Under the pieces are notes generated by a model. The model did not search any database and was not told the DNA's origin. It saw only the letters and a program-made list of their open reading frames with translations. Positions 44,279-54,792 of a DNA stretch of 64,000 nucleotides are shown piece after piece. A program made the translations under genes and the position numbers. This stretch comes from Cyanidioschyzon merolae (Eukaryota), in assembly GCA_000091205.1 (NCBI GenBank), contig AP006500.2, one strand, 5' to 3'. Numbering within the stretch: the first letter of the stretch is position 1; the number at the start of each line of letters is the position of its first letter.

Positions 44279-47047
44279 ATGAAGCCAATAGATGCGCACA
44301 CCAAATCTCCGAGGGCGCTCACAGACGATGCCACCGAAACAGCAGTGTCACAGAGCCTTCAGGCGAAGCGACCAAGAAGCTCTGGGCAAACGCTTGCACT
44401 GCACTGTACCACGCCGCCAGTGTCGAGTGCAAACGCTCTGAGCGGTGCTGACTTTGGCTTCCCATATCCGCAGCCATACGGGACTCAGCTTGAGCTCATG
44501 CGAGCGGTATATGAGACCATCGACCGTGGTGGAATCGGCGTGTTCGAGTCGCCAACAGGCACAGGCAAAACGCTCTCCCTTCTATGTGCAGCGCTTACCT
44601 GGATACGACAAGACAGGCATCGAATGGACCGTACCAACGACGTGCACGAGGAACCTAGTTCCCAAAGTGAACCAGACTGGTTACGGGACTACGAGATCGC
44701 CAGCAGCTCAGGTTCAAACTCGCCGATGAAGTACAATTCTTTCGTGAACAGCGGAACGCGAAGCGAGCCTACGCGCGTGATGCAGTTCAGCATAGGGCGT
44801 TATTCGCAGGGAACGCGAACCGAAGACCCCGTAATTTATTCACCAGTGCACTCACTCGATACGAACACCAGTGGATCGCTAGGACGAGCCAGTGCTGCCT
44901 CGTCTGGTTTGGTGCTTTTCGGAGATGACGACAGTGCGTTTGCCCCCGACATGCCGCGTCAAGGAATGCACCCCGGCCGGATGCCGCCGCCGTACCGTAT
45001 CCTTTACGCTTCACGTACGCACTCGCAACTTTCGCAGTTTATCAGTGAAGTTCGACGGACCGAGTATGCGAAGCAGGATCCGACATTGACGACAACCGTA
45101 CTCGCATCCCGAAAAATGATGTGCATCCATCCGAAGGTGCGGATGCTGCGCTCAGCAGCAGCCGTGAATGAACGCTGTCACGAGCTGAGGAACAACCAAG
45201 TCAAGACGGCAGCCGCTGAGCAGCAATCACAATGCCCGTTTTATCAGAAGGAGCGTATTCGCAATCTCGCGAATGTCATGCACCAGCAGGTTTGCGACCT
45301 CGAAGATCTGCTGGCGCTAGGGCAGCAACACCAGGCATGCCCGTACTATGCAGCACGAGCGTCGCTTGCGTGTGCGGAGCTCATCGTCATGCCGTATCAG
45401 ACGCTGCTGCACGAGACAACGCGCCAGTCGGCGAATGTGCCCGTAGACCAGCGCACGATTGTGATTTTAGATGAGGCGCATAACTTGGTGGATGCACTGA
45501 ATGAAATGCATACAACGAAGCTTTCCATAGCTGAAGTTACCGCAATGGAAGCCACCGTGAGTGAGTTTATCGAAAAGCAGAAGACATGGAAGCCGGACCC
45601 GGATCGGAGTTTCCATCTCGAGCAGCTGCGACGGCTGCTTGCGGCGCTGCGGCAGGGCATGCAGCCGGAGGACCTGTCTCGGAGGCCGTCTGACCCGACG
45701 CGAACGCGCCCACTGGACAAGGCGAGCGACGAGCACTCACCTGTAGTCCGTAGTGAAATACCAGAGCCTGGAAGAGACCTCCAGGATGACGTCATCTTGT
45801 CCGAGTTTTGCCAGACGCCGAGCGATTTTTGCTTTCAAATGAAAATTGAGCAAATGAATTTTTCCCAGTTAATTCGTTATTTATTCAGCACGAAATGCAT
45901 GCATATGTTACAGAGCCTTCACGAGTCGCGGCGGCGAACGGAGCGCTCGATAGAATCGTCCGCGCACTCAGTGCTGAGCGAGGTGGCGTCGGTTCACTCG
46001 AACGAATCTCCGACTTTGTATGGAACGGGCTTTTATGAACTGGCCTCCTTTTTGGCAGCGCTTTGTGAGCCACGCGCTTGTGGCAAGGTCCTAACGGCTC
46101 CGAATCGCCACATACGATACGTTCTGCTGGATCCGATACCCTACTTTTCCCCGATCTATCGCACAGCTCGGGCAACGATTCTCGCTGGTGGCACGCTCGA
46201 GCCACGCGAAGCGCTTTTGCCAAGACTCTTCGACGAGGAAACCTGCAAGCAAGTATACTTTAGCGCGTTTCAGCATGTTGTACCACAGGAGAATGTGCTC
46301 GCCCTGATCCTAGGCAAAGGACCTACCGGACTGCCGCTGGAGTTTTCCTTCTCCCAGCGGCAATGCATGGCGCAGATAGATGAGCTTGGTCATTGTATTG
46401 TGAACCTCTGCGCTCTCGTTCCCAAAGGACTCGTAGTTTTCTTTCCGTCCTATGCTCTGGAGCGTCTGGTATGGACGCGCTTCGCTGAAACGAATATAAG
46501 CGAGCGGATCGCCCGACGCAAGGAGGTCTTCCGCGAACAACGCGGCTGTGACGTGGACAAGCTCTTCAACGACTATCGTAGCGCAGTTACCGCGCTACCC
46601 GCCGCCACTGAGCGAGCGGAACTTGCGTCTCCCCAAGAACGAGACGGCGCCCTGCTCAGTGCAGTCATTGGTGGCAAGTTATCCGAAGGCATCAACTTTG
46701 CCGACGATCTCGGGCGTTGCGTGGTAGTCGTCGGCTTGCCGTTCCCAAACGCACGCCAAACCGAGACGCGCCTCGTCCTGCACTTTCTCCAGGAACGCTA
46801 CCCGAGTTCCGACCTAAGCCGCGAGTACCTCGAAAACGCCTGCATGATCGCCGTCAACCAGTCCGTAGGTCGAGCTATTCGACACGCCCGTGACTATGCT
46901 GCTGTTGTCTTCGTTGACCAGCGGTATGCAGCGCAGGAGCGACTGCGGTTCAAGTTACCGCGTTGGTTGCGCGGTCGCGTTCTCGAGCCGCGAACTTTCG
47001 GCGACGCAATACAGCAGCTGGCGTCGTTCTTCCGCAACAAGTGCTAG
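44279..47047 (+). CDS. DDX11: ATP-dependent DNA helicase DDX11/Chl1 (XPD-family Fe-S helicase); ORF-track start 43985 is upstream of the probable ATG at 44279
   Basis: FPYPQPYGTQLELMRAVYE, Walker A ESPTGTGKTLSLLCA, Fe-S cluster cysteines (CIHP...C..YY...CPYY), DEAH box ILDEAHNL, C-terminal VVVVGLPFPNARQTE and VGRAIRHARDYAAVVFVDQRY motifs. Confidence 0.85.
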   Translation: MKPIDAHTKSPRALTDDATETAVSQSLQAKRPRSSGQTLALHCTTPPVSSANALSGADFGFPYPQPYGTQLELMRAVYETIDRGGIGVFESPTGTGKTLSLLCAALTWIRQDRHRMDRTNDVHEEPSSQSEPDWLRDYEIASSSGSNSPMKYNSFVNSGTRSEPTRVMQFSIGRYSQGTRTEDPVIYSPVHSLDTNTSGSLGRASAASSGLVLFGDDDSAFAPDMPRQGMHPGRMPPPYRILYASRTHSQLSQFISEVRRTEYAKQDPTLTTTVLASRKMMCIHPKVRMLRSAAAVNERCHELRNNQVKTAAAEQQSQCPFYQKERIRNLANVMHQQVCDLEDLLALGQQHQACPYYAARASLACAELIVMPYQTLLHETTRQSANVPVDQRTIVILDEAHNLVDALNEMHTTKLSIAEVTAMEATVSEFIEKQKTWKPDPDRSFHLEQLRRLLAALRQGMQPEDLSRRPSDPTRTRPLDKASDEHSPVVRSEIPEPGRDLQDDVILSEFCQTPSDFCFQMKIEQMNFSQLIRYLFSTKCMHMLQSLHESRRRTERSIESSAHSVLSEVASVHSNESPTLYGTGFYELASFLAALCEPRACGKVLTAPNRHIRYVLLDPIPYFSPIYRTARATILAGGTLEPREALLPRLFDEETCKQVYFSAFQHVVPQENVLALILGKGPTGLPLEFSFSQRQCMAQIDELGHCIVNLCALVPKGLVVFFPSYALERLVWTRFAETNISERIARRKEVFREQRGCDVDKLFNDYRSAVTALPAATERAELASPQERDGALLSAVIGGKLSEGINFADDLGRCVVVVGLPFPNARQTETRLVLHFLQERYPSSDLSREYLENACMIAVNQSVGRAIRHARDYAAVVFVDQRYAAQERLRFKLPRWLRGRVLEPRTFGDAIQQLASFFRNKC

Positions 47048-47079
47048 TGCGCTGGTTTGCTCGTTCACTCGCTCACCTC

Positions 47080-47712
47080 ATGTCGGTCGGTCGTAAAGTC
47101 TTTCTTTGGTTGAGGAAGTATCTCATGTTCTTTATCGCTGGGTTTGAGGCGGTGAATGTCGCGCTCATGTTGGTAACACCTGCGGGCGGACCAAGTTTTG
47201 CGGCAACTGCGGGCTTGTCCACGCTCCACAACCCGTTTCCGTTTCTGCGGAACCTCGTCGCACCTCTCCCGTACATGCGGAAACACTTTTGGCCTTGCTT
47301 GGTTGCTTCAGCGAAAACGAGGACTTTCTGGTTCTACTATTTAGAGTACGTGGTATTGTTGTTAGCGTTACCGTACTTTGTGGCGTTCATCTTCAACCTG
47401 AATGCACCCGAGTATACCCCGCTCACCGTCTCTCTATCTCGCATTGGGTTGCTTTGGGTATTTGGAGACTTTGACGTTGTAGGGAAGTTTATGACGCACC
47501 TCAGTAGAGATATACTTTACCTGAACAGTGCTGTTGTGGTCGTCGTCGAGGTCCTCTACGTCTTGTTCTTCTGCGAGTCGTGCCACCTGCCGATGGCGCC
47601 CTGTCGAGCGTCTTCCAAGGCGCGTGCAGGGAGCGGCACGGAATCCCCCAGAGAGCCAGAGACATCGAGTGCGAATGTGTCGCTGGCGGCAGGTCATGCC
47701 AAGGCTGCATGA
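47080..47712 (+). CDS. Hypothetical small membrane protein (3-4 predicted TM segments)
   Basis: ORF overlapping the helicase 3' end in another frame; hydrophobic stretches (FFIAGFEAVNVALMLV, YVVLLLALPYFVAFIF, VVVVVEVLYVLFF); could be spurious. Confidence 0.25.
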   Translation: MSVGRKVFLWLRKYLMFFIAGFEAVNVALMLVTPAGGPSFAATAGLSTLHNPFPFLRNLVAPLPYMRKHFWPCLVASAKTRTFWFYYLEYVVLLLALPYFVAFIFNLNAPEYTPLTVSLSRIGLLWVFGDFDVVGKFMTHLSRDILYLNSAVVVVVEVLYVLFFCESCHLPMAPCRASSKARAGSGTESPREPETSSANVSLAAGHAKAA

Positions 47713-47933
47713 GCAGGCATCTGTGCTCGTGGTGGTACTGCGTACCGCTTGCGTTATGCGAGAAGGAGCGATCAAAACGAACCGCGCGGTGTCGTATCAA
47801 GGACCTACTCGCAAGGGCGGTTGCATTCGGGTCGCTTAGAGTCAATGCATCGGGGAAACTGGGCAAGGGTCCAGGGGCAGGGTGCAATGTACTGCTGCTC
47901 GGTGGAATCGCGCATGCGTAGCCTACTTTAGAG

Positions 47934-47957
47934 GTAGTAGTAGTAGTAGTAGCAGCA
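47934..47957. repeat. (GTA)6(GCA)2 microsatellite
   Basis: gtagtagtagtagtagtagcagcagcc read directly. Confidence 0.7.
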
Positions 47958-49378
47958 GCCTTGACGAAGCCCCAACTGACGCTCCAGCATGCAGTGACGT
48001 GGATACTGGGCGACGTAACGGAAGGCTTATGCGCATGTGCTGGTGACCGACGAGACGAGGGCAGTCCGGAGGAGTCCAAGGCGTACGCACGCTTACCTGC
48101 AACGTGTAACGCGCACGCTACTCGACAGGGATCCACGTGGTGCCGCGTACGCTACCGGAAGCGTTGCGGTGAACATCGACACACCAGCTATCGATTGAGG
48201 GCATCGGTGTTTCCCGGTCAGGTTCTCGAGGGTATGTGTGTGATCCTCGTATGTCGCCACAAGTTACATGGCATCGTGGTGGCATTGCGGCACACGATGT
48301 CCTTATGCCGTTTGTTTCCTTGCAATGCCATCGTGGAAACACGCATCTTGCTGTGTCTCTGTTCACGACAAGGGAAAGGAGAATAACGCGCATCCTGCAC
48401 GACTGAGCGTGCCTCTGGTAACATCCGATAGTGGCGAAGCAGGTATGACAAGGATTGGAACCTATCTGCAAACCTGCTGGCAAACATAGCGCGTTGTCAG
48501 CCTGGTGTAGCGTCGCTGGTGAAGAGCGTCTGTGCGCTCGCGTCTCGCGATACCGCTGGTACCCGGAATCTGATGGACGTTTCCACATCGACTCTGGACG
48601 TGCGCTCTCCCGGACTTTGAAAGTCGCGTTGTATGTCGTGCATTAGCAAGGCATCGGGGTCGTTTCTTGCGCAACCGGATCCGGTGCACTTGTCTCGGTG
48701 ACAGGCATTTCATGGAGGCTGGCTGAGCACGTCGGAGGCACCACGTCGCTTCCCGCTGAACAAGATTGGTCGGGCGTTTCAGCGTAACTAGGGCGTTTCG
48801 TGTCGGTTCGGTTCGTTGACGTGTAGTGTCTGCTCGATGCGCACGTAGCACAGGAGAGGTATCCGGAAGCTAGATGACGAGTGCCGGCCTTGTCCGTGCA
48901 ACCGGCTGCCGTGCCGGGCCACAGATATTGCACGCCGCACATTTCATGGAATGTATCTTCGATCGTTTGGGTCATGCTGGAAGCGATCACAGATGCAGAT
49001 GAATCAGGTAGCCACGTCGAAGAAATAGCTCTTGAAATGTAAAGGCATTGTCTGGGCAGAAGAGTGCCGAATCACGGAACTAGTGATGCTCTATCGCATC
49101 CGAACAATTCAGTTCATCCACCCTGCTTCCGTTGCTTCGTTCGGCAGCTACGCGGTGCTGATCCTGCTGAACCCGATATCGGAGACGATGCGCTCTAACG
49201 ACCTGCATCGCGGTTACCGGCGAGGTTGCAGTCAAGGGCGTCTTCGTGGCGCATGTGCCGGGCGACATTGTCGTCATGGTCGACGTCGTCCCAAGGTTCA
49301 CGGACGACCAGAGCATCCTCATGGGCTCTACAAAATCCAGCAGGGCTTCGGAAGAAGCTGCTCAGCTCCATGTGCCAT

Positions 49379-50407
49379 TCACTGGGGCCTGACAGTCGCT
49401 CGTGGCGACTCAACAGCGCATCGGTTCACTGTGGCGGGGCCACCGTCGCTTCGCAGCGCGACCTGCACTTGCCGGTAGGCTTCCCAGAGGGCAATGGCGG
49501 CGCTGGTCGATAGATTGTACGATCTGATACCGGCATCACCGGGACACACCATTGGAATCGCAATCGTCCGCTCCCGAGGAATATCCTCGGGCGGAATGCG
49601 TTCGAAACCATCTAGCTCGTTCCCAAATATTAGCGTGATCTTCGTTGCAAGAACCTCACTTCCTTTCTTTGATGAGACAAGGTCCGCGTCCAGCAACGAG
49701 CTCTGTGCGAACTTGGTGAAGTAAAAAACGTTACCCAACTGGGGCAAACCCTCGTCGCGAAAGGCCTGCCAACTCGACCATACACGCAGATCAACGAAAG
49801 GCCAATAGTCAAGGCCAGCCCGTTTCAGGTGGCGATCACTCAGAGAAAAACCCAGCGGTTCAATGATATGAAGCCGTGCTTGAAAACCTACTGTAGTTCT
49901 GGCGGTATTCCCGGTATTCCAGTGAATAGAGGGTGCGTAGAAAACAACGTTCAGTAGGGGCTCGCCTGTGCCCGTGTGACGCAGTGGCGCGCTCACAACG
50001 CCTGGGCCATAGCTCGCGCGTACGCACTTGCTTCTCGAGATGCACTGTCGAGATGCTCTACTGACGCCTGCGAAACAGGGCAGTTCTGGTGACCACTCGG
50101 TAACAAAAACGAACTCGAGTGCGCGCATAAGCGCCTGGCGTCGGTACCAGGTTCCTGTGTCCATACAGAGCGCGCAATATGAGGAATACTGGGGTGTTCG
50201 CCCTGCGGCGAGTGCATTTCTTTGTGGTTCTTTGAGAGCACGTTTCCTCGAACAGGGAATCGTCATCATTGCTGACTTGATACCAGCAATGGGAGAGCGT
50301 GCATGTATCCACGCCTTTCCTCCAACTTCTGAGACCCATATTCCCCGTCGCAGGTAGTGGTCATTTCGTGCGTTCCGCAGTGCGCCGAGTCTGCCATGAG
50401 CGTCCAC
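49379..50407 (-). CDS. SpoU/TrmH-family RNA 2'-O-methyltransferase, TrmL-like (tRNA wobble-position methyltransferase), with about 150-aa N-terminal extension (possible organellar targeting)
   Basis: C-terminal 170 aa LNVVFYAPSIHWNTGNTARTTVGFQARLHIIEPLGFSLSDRHLKRAGLDYW...RTIAIPMVCPGDAGIRSYNLSTSAAIALWEAYRQ is colinear with bacterial TrmL ([73 protein letters not shown]). Confidence 0.7.
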   Translation of the reverse strand: MDAHGRLGALRNARNDHYLRRGIWVSEVGGKAWIHARSPIAGIKSAMMTIPCSRKRALKEPQRNALAAGRTPQYSSYCALCMDTGTWYRRQALMRALEFVFVTEWSPELPCFAGVSRASRQCISRSKCVRASYGPGVVSAPLRHTGTGEPLLNVVFYAPSIHWNTGNTARTTVGFQARLHIIEPLGFSLSDRHLKRAGLDYWPFVDLRVWSSWQAFRDEGLPQLGNVFYFTKFAQSSLLDADLVSSKKGSEVLATKITLIFGNELDGFERIPPEDIPRERTIAIPMVCPGDAGIRSYNLSTSAAIALWEAYRQVQVALRSDGGPATVNRCAVESPRATVRPQ

Positions 50408-52155
50408 AATCGTGCCTATAGCTTCGATACGAGCGCAACAACGAGAAAAAGGCTATTCCCTACCACTGGCGGTGTTTGCGCTGCTGCCCACGCATCGTTT
50501 GCGTGACGGCAACTTACACACTAGCCTTCCGTACCGCCATGCTTGTCTTGTGCATGCGTCCTGCTTGCTCGACTATCGTCCGAGTCTTATATGCGGAAGC
50601 AAAGGCATGCGGTGCTGCGGACATAAGCGATATGGCGCAGTCGAGGTAGCTGAGCGTTGCTCGTCTGCTGGACTGCCTCCAGAGACTTGGACTTATGCCG
50701 CAATCTGGTGTACCTGCAGCTCGTCAACGGCTGCAGCGAAGTTTGCTCGTTTTCGGATCCGAAACGGATCCCATGCTGGTCACGATGCCACCTGAGCACA
50801 CTGCGACGTTCCGGACGCAATGTCTAGAATCCAGCACTCGCTCTGTTGTCGACCGAGACGCCAGGAGCCAAACTCGTGCTAGGGTGAGTCCACACAGGAC
50901 GCCTGTGAGGCCGCTCCACTTGACTCGGCGGTGAGTGTAGAGGTTCGTATGCGGAGCGCATGTCGAGCGCCACTCGGAAGGTTTGCGAAGGTTTGGTTTG
51001 CATTGGTGACCAGCAAAGCCTCTGAAGCCTTTATGGGCGATTGCCTATCGATTCGTTGCCACCGCATTGGGCACCGACGCGCTGGCGAGTGCTCCTCGTC
51101 GACATTGATGCCTGCTGCATGTGCTGCCACCACCCGGGCAGTGCTGGTTGTCGTCGCTGCTTCTTTACCAAGTACAAAATGATCGAGGATTTTATGCAAA
51201 GCTCCGAATACGCTCTGAGAGATGCCGATGTTGATGATCACCGATTTGATTTCCGATTACACCTACGTGAAGGTCAGTGGTGGTCAGCACCCGCGCTGCT
51301 GCCAAGGTGTATTCGGTGCTCGCACACAAGCGCATGCAAGTATCATGCACACCCAGTACCGCCGATACCTGCATGTACCCGCTTCGCGGTTTGTCTTTCG
51401 CCGGAGTCGCTCGTCATGAAACGTGGCTTGTCTCAAGCGTGCGCTTTACAAAACGATGATCCCGAAATCGTTATATCCATATGCTGTGAACCGAAACGAC
51501 CATGGAAACAGCGACGGCTCATCCCGGTCACACCAGCACACTGGGAGACGCTCGACATGCTGAGCACCGCCGGCTGCGATGCCTCTGGAGCGCAACCACC
51601 CGCACGTTCGCCTCATCGCGTTTTTCTGCGCCATATAAAGTCTATGCATTGACCCAGAATTACCCGAGCGCACACCATATCTTTCAGCGGCAAAAGAAGC
51701 GACCACTACTCCTCTTCAATGAATTTTGTTAGCATACGAGCCTCAGGCGATTTTCCTGGTACACAACCCGCTCGCAGGCAACAGAGCGAGCCGTTCTCTA
51801 GTCAAGGACTGGCGGCACGAACATGCCCGCGCTCAAGCAGCCGTCCCCGATGTGCCAGCTGTTCGCGCGAACGTGCGAGCATGCCATGGACAAGGCGGTT
51901 TTTAGCGCTGCCGCTGCCGCTGCTGCTACCGGGGCTGTGCTCTAAGGACAGCTGGTTTCGATAGTCGCCGTGGGAGAGATTCGGTTCACTGGCGCCCTGT
52001 TGCGGGAGCGCGTCTGCACAGTGTTGTTTCGCTGAGCGCCTTGGTGACGAAAAACGCAGGTGTCGCTCACTGGCGTCAACCGGTGCCCGTACTCGCTGTA
52101 GTGCCCCGTGTACCGCCAACGGAGACTTGCTGAGGCCTTTGGGTGAAACCCGTAC

Positions 52156-54792
52156 GTGATCTCGCTTCGATTTACGGTGCAGGTATTCGTTTGTGCAGGA
52201 GGACGGGGAACGCATCGGGATCGAGGAACCTCTTTCTCATTGGACTGCAGCCAAGCAGTCTGGAAGAGGTTCACCTTCTCGTCTTCCCCCATGGCTACGG
52301 AGCAGGATGTTGGTGCTGAATTGCTTGCGTCGTGCAGAGAAAACTGTCGTGCGCTGAAGATTGCTCTTTTACAAACTCTGGCGTCACGAGAGCGCGGAAC
52401 GCATAGCAAGAGTGCTGATCCCAAAACTGAGCTTGTTCAGGAGACGCTACGAAGCATCTTCGATATCTATCGACACAATACCAGTGCCGAAGCATCCTCG
52501 AACAGTACGCGGAATGCATGGGATGCATCTCCTGTTGACGACTCGCTTGTCTGCATCCTGTTCATAGCAGTGGGGCTCCTGGTTCGAACCGAGGGTCTGA
52601 TGCTTGACCAGCCATTCCATGCGATGTTCAGGTCCGTGACGCGAAAGATTCATAGCTTATGGTTTCAGGAGATCGGCAGTGCCGGGGATTCTGGTGTGGA
52701 TATTGAAGCACGAAGTCTTCCCGACACCAGTTGTTTAGTCTACGGCAGTGCACGTGTGGGGAGTCCGGTGTCAAGTAAGCCTTGTGAGGATCATCATGTG
52801 GTCGAGCGTCGCCCCCTTGCGGACAAGCAAACCCGTGCAACGTATGGCCGAGAGACACTGCTGGCAGCGCGCATCAGCAGTCTTGACTCAGCAGATGAGC
52901 CTCAACATGATCCTCGGTTTAGGAGACTGGACCTTGGCACCGCGAGGGATCACGGGGAGTCGAGCTTGCGACGCCGCGGGCGAACTGGAGCGCTGCTCGC
53001 GAGGCTGGGACACCATGGCGAGACGAGTATGCCCCAGTTTCTGACCAGGAAGCTTGTAGCAGATAGAGATGTACTTACCGGCAGCATAGTCGACGCGGAA
53101 CGCGCGGATGCGGCGGTAACTGGAGCACACGCGACATGCACGCCTTTGGAGAAGCGCGTGTCCGAGCCGCATGAACAGGATATACCAGAAGCGCCCGAGT
53201 CCGCAACGCTCCCTCGACAAGCACCAGCCAAACTGGACGGCTTGTTGCAGCCTTGCGATGCGGCATGCGATGAACCGCGCTTCCTGCCAATGAGGAGCAG
53301 CGCTCCACTCGTGGATGCTTGTTCTAATGATGCGTTCAGTTCAGCGCGTCCTCAGCGACTGGCATTCGCTAATCTGTTCCGTGAGGCAGTCGAGCTCCTC
53401 GCTGTCATGTACAAGCAACTCGTGCGCGACATGTATCCGATTTTAGCGACTGCGATGCTCGAGCGCCTGACGCGAAGCCTTCCGTTCGACCACCCCAAGT
53501 GTCGATGCATGCTGCTTCGACTCTTACTCCTGCACGTTGACTTGAATCTCACGGACGACAACCACGACGACAACGGGTTCGCTCTATCCGAGCTCGTCAG
53601 CGGAGCACGCCCATGCCCGCAAGCGAATGCCCGCATCACAGAAGCAGGGGCACCAACGACACCGCCGGGAGCGCAGCTCTTATCTCCGGAGTATGACACA
53701 TGCATCAGCAAACAGATGATGCACCACAGCCACTTCCTGAGCGAGCTGTGGTACTCCTTGGAAAAACATCGCACACGCCTATTGAAAAGCGGTCCACGGA
53801 TCTCCCGGAGCGCCCAGCGAATCGCCGCGAATGCACTCGCCACCCAGTCCGCCGTCTTGTTTGGCGTCGCAATGCCACTCGCACATGCCTATATGCACTG
53901 GCTCGCCAGGTACCTGGACAAGCACCCGTCAGCGGCATTGAGATCTCGTCAGCGATCACGCATCCTGCGTGCGCTGCTGCCTGCATGCATGCAAGTGACA
54001 CGTGTCGCCGTGCACTGCATGACCTCCAGTGCAGCGGCTACACGTGTCACTGCAGTTGGCGGGAGATCGCGAACAGCATCGCCCTCGCCGATCGCCGTGG
54101 ACATGCTTGCGAGCACGCTCCGTATGCTCATCGACTGGAGTCATGCGGAGCCCGGGGCCTCCAGCGATCTGTGTCGCGCTGGCATCTGTGATACGCTGCG
54201 CACGCTCTGGGGCCTCGACCTCTGTTCCATGATCAGTAGGGTCGAATCACCGGCTAGCAGTGTGCAGGCGCTGGGCTTGCCCTATGACTTGCGCATTCTA
54301 TCTCTTGCGCTGTTGGTGAACCTTGTAGAGCAGAGTTCCGAGGCTCGTCATATGCTGTTTGGTCAGTCGCAGTCTAGACCAGGGCTCGAAACGCTCCACG
54401 GGGCTCGAGTACCCGTTCTTACGTATCTGTGGCTGCTGGTGGCTGCATCTGGTACCGGGCTGGAGCACGCCGGCGCACCAGCGGAGGCTTCATTGCCTGA
54501 GGCGGCAACGTTACCTGAAAGCGCGATAACTGCTGCATACAGTGCGCTCGCAGTGGCCTGCGCCGTGGTCCAAGATAGCAACTTGACGGCGTTCGCAAGT
54601 CGTGAGATACCTGAGCTCTCTTTACCTGTTTTGACTAATATTCTGGACAAGTTCGTGCAGCTGATGGAAATAGTGGATGCGGCTGCGGGCTCGTCGACGG
54701 ATCCCGAAGCCGGTCTCCATGAAGCCCTGCTGCGTTTGCTGCAAAGATTGCGTTCGCTGGAGACGAGCGCTACCGACGTGGTGTCACCTTAG
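52156..54792 (+). CDS. Hypothetical protein (878 aa), probably alpha-helical/HEAT-like; no family recognised
   Basis: Long ORF; no diagnostic motif. Confidence 0.35.
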   Translation: MISLRFTVQVFVCAGGRGTHRDRGTSFSLDCSQAVWKRFTFSSSPMATEQDVGAELLASCRENCRALKIALLQTLASRERGTHSKSADPKTELVQETLRSIFDIYRHNTSAEASSNSTRNAWDASPVDDSLVCILFIAVGLLVRTEGLMLDQPFHAMFRSVTRKIHSLWFQEIGSAGDSGVDIEARSLPDTSCLVYGSARVGSPVSSKPCEDHHVVERRPLADKQTRATYGRETLLAARISSLDSADEPQHDPRFRRLDLGTARDHGESSLRRRGRTGALLARLGHHGETSMPQFLTRKLVADRDVLTGSIVDAERADAAVTGAHATCTPLEKRVSEPHEQDIPEAPESATLPRQAPAKLDGLLQPCDAACDEPRFLPMRSSAPLVDACSNDAFSSARPQRLAFANLFREAVELLAVMYKQLVRDMYPILATAMLERLTRSLPFDHPKCRCMLLRLLLLHVDLNLTDDNHDDNGFALSELVSGARPCPQANARITEAGAPTTPPGAQLLSPEYDTCISKQMMHHSHFLSELWYSLEKHRTRLLKSGPRISRSAQRIAANALATQSAVLFGVAMPLAHAYMHWLARYLDKHPSAALRSRQRSRILRALLPACMQVTRVAVHCMTSSAAATRVTAVGGRSRTASPSPIAVDMLASTLRMLIDWSHAEPGASSDLCRAGICDTLRTLWGLDLCSMISRVESPASSVQALGLPYDLRILSLALLVNLVEQSSEARHMLFGQSQSRPGLETLHGARVPVLTYLWLLVAASGTGLEHAGAPAEASLPEAATLPESAITAAYSALAVACAVVQDSNLTAFASREIPELSLPVLTNILDKFVQLMEIVDAAAGSSTDPEAGLHEALLRLLQRLRSLETSATDVVSP

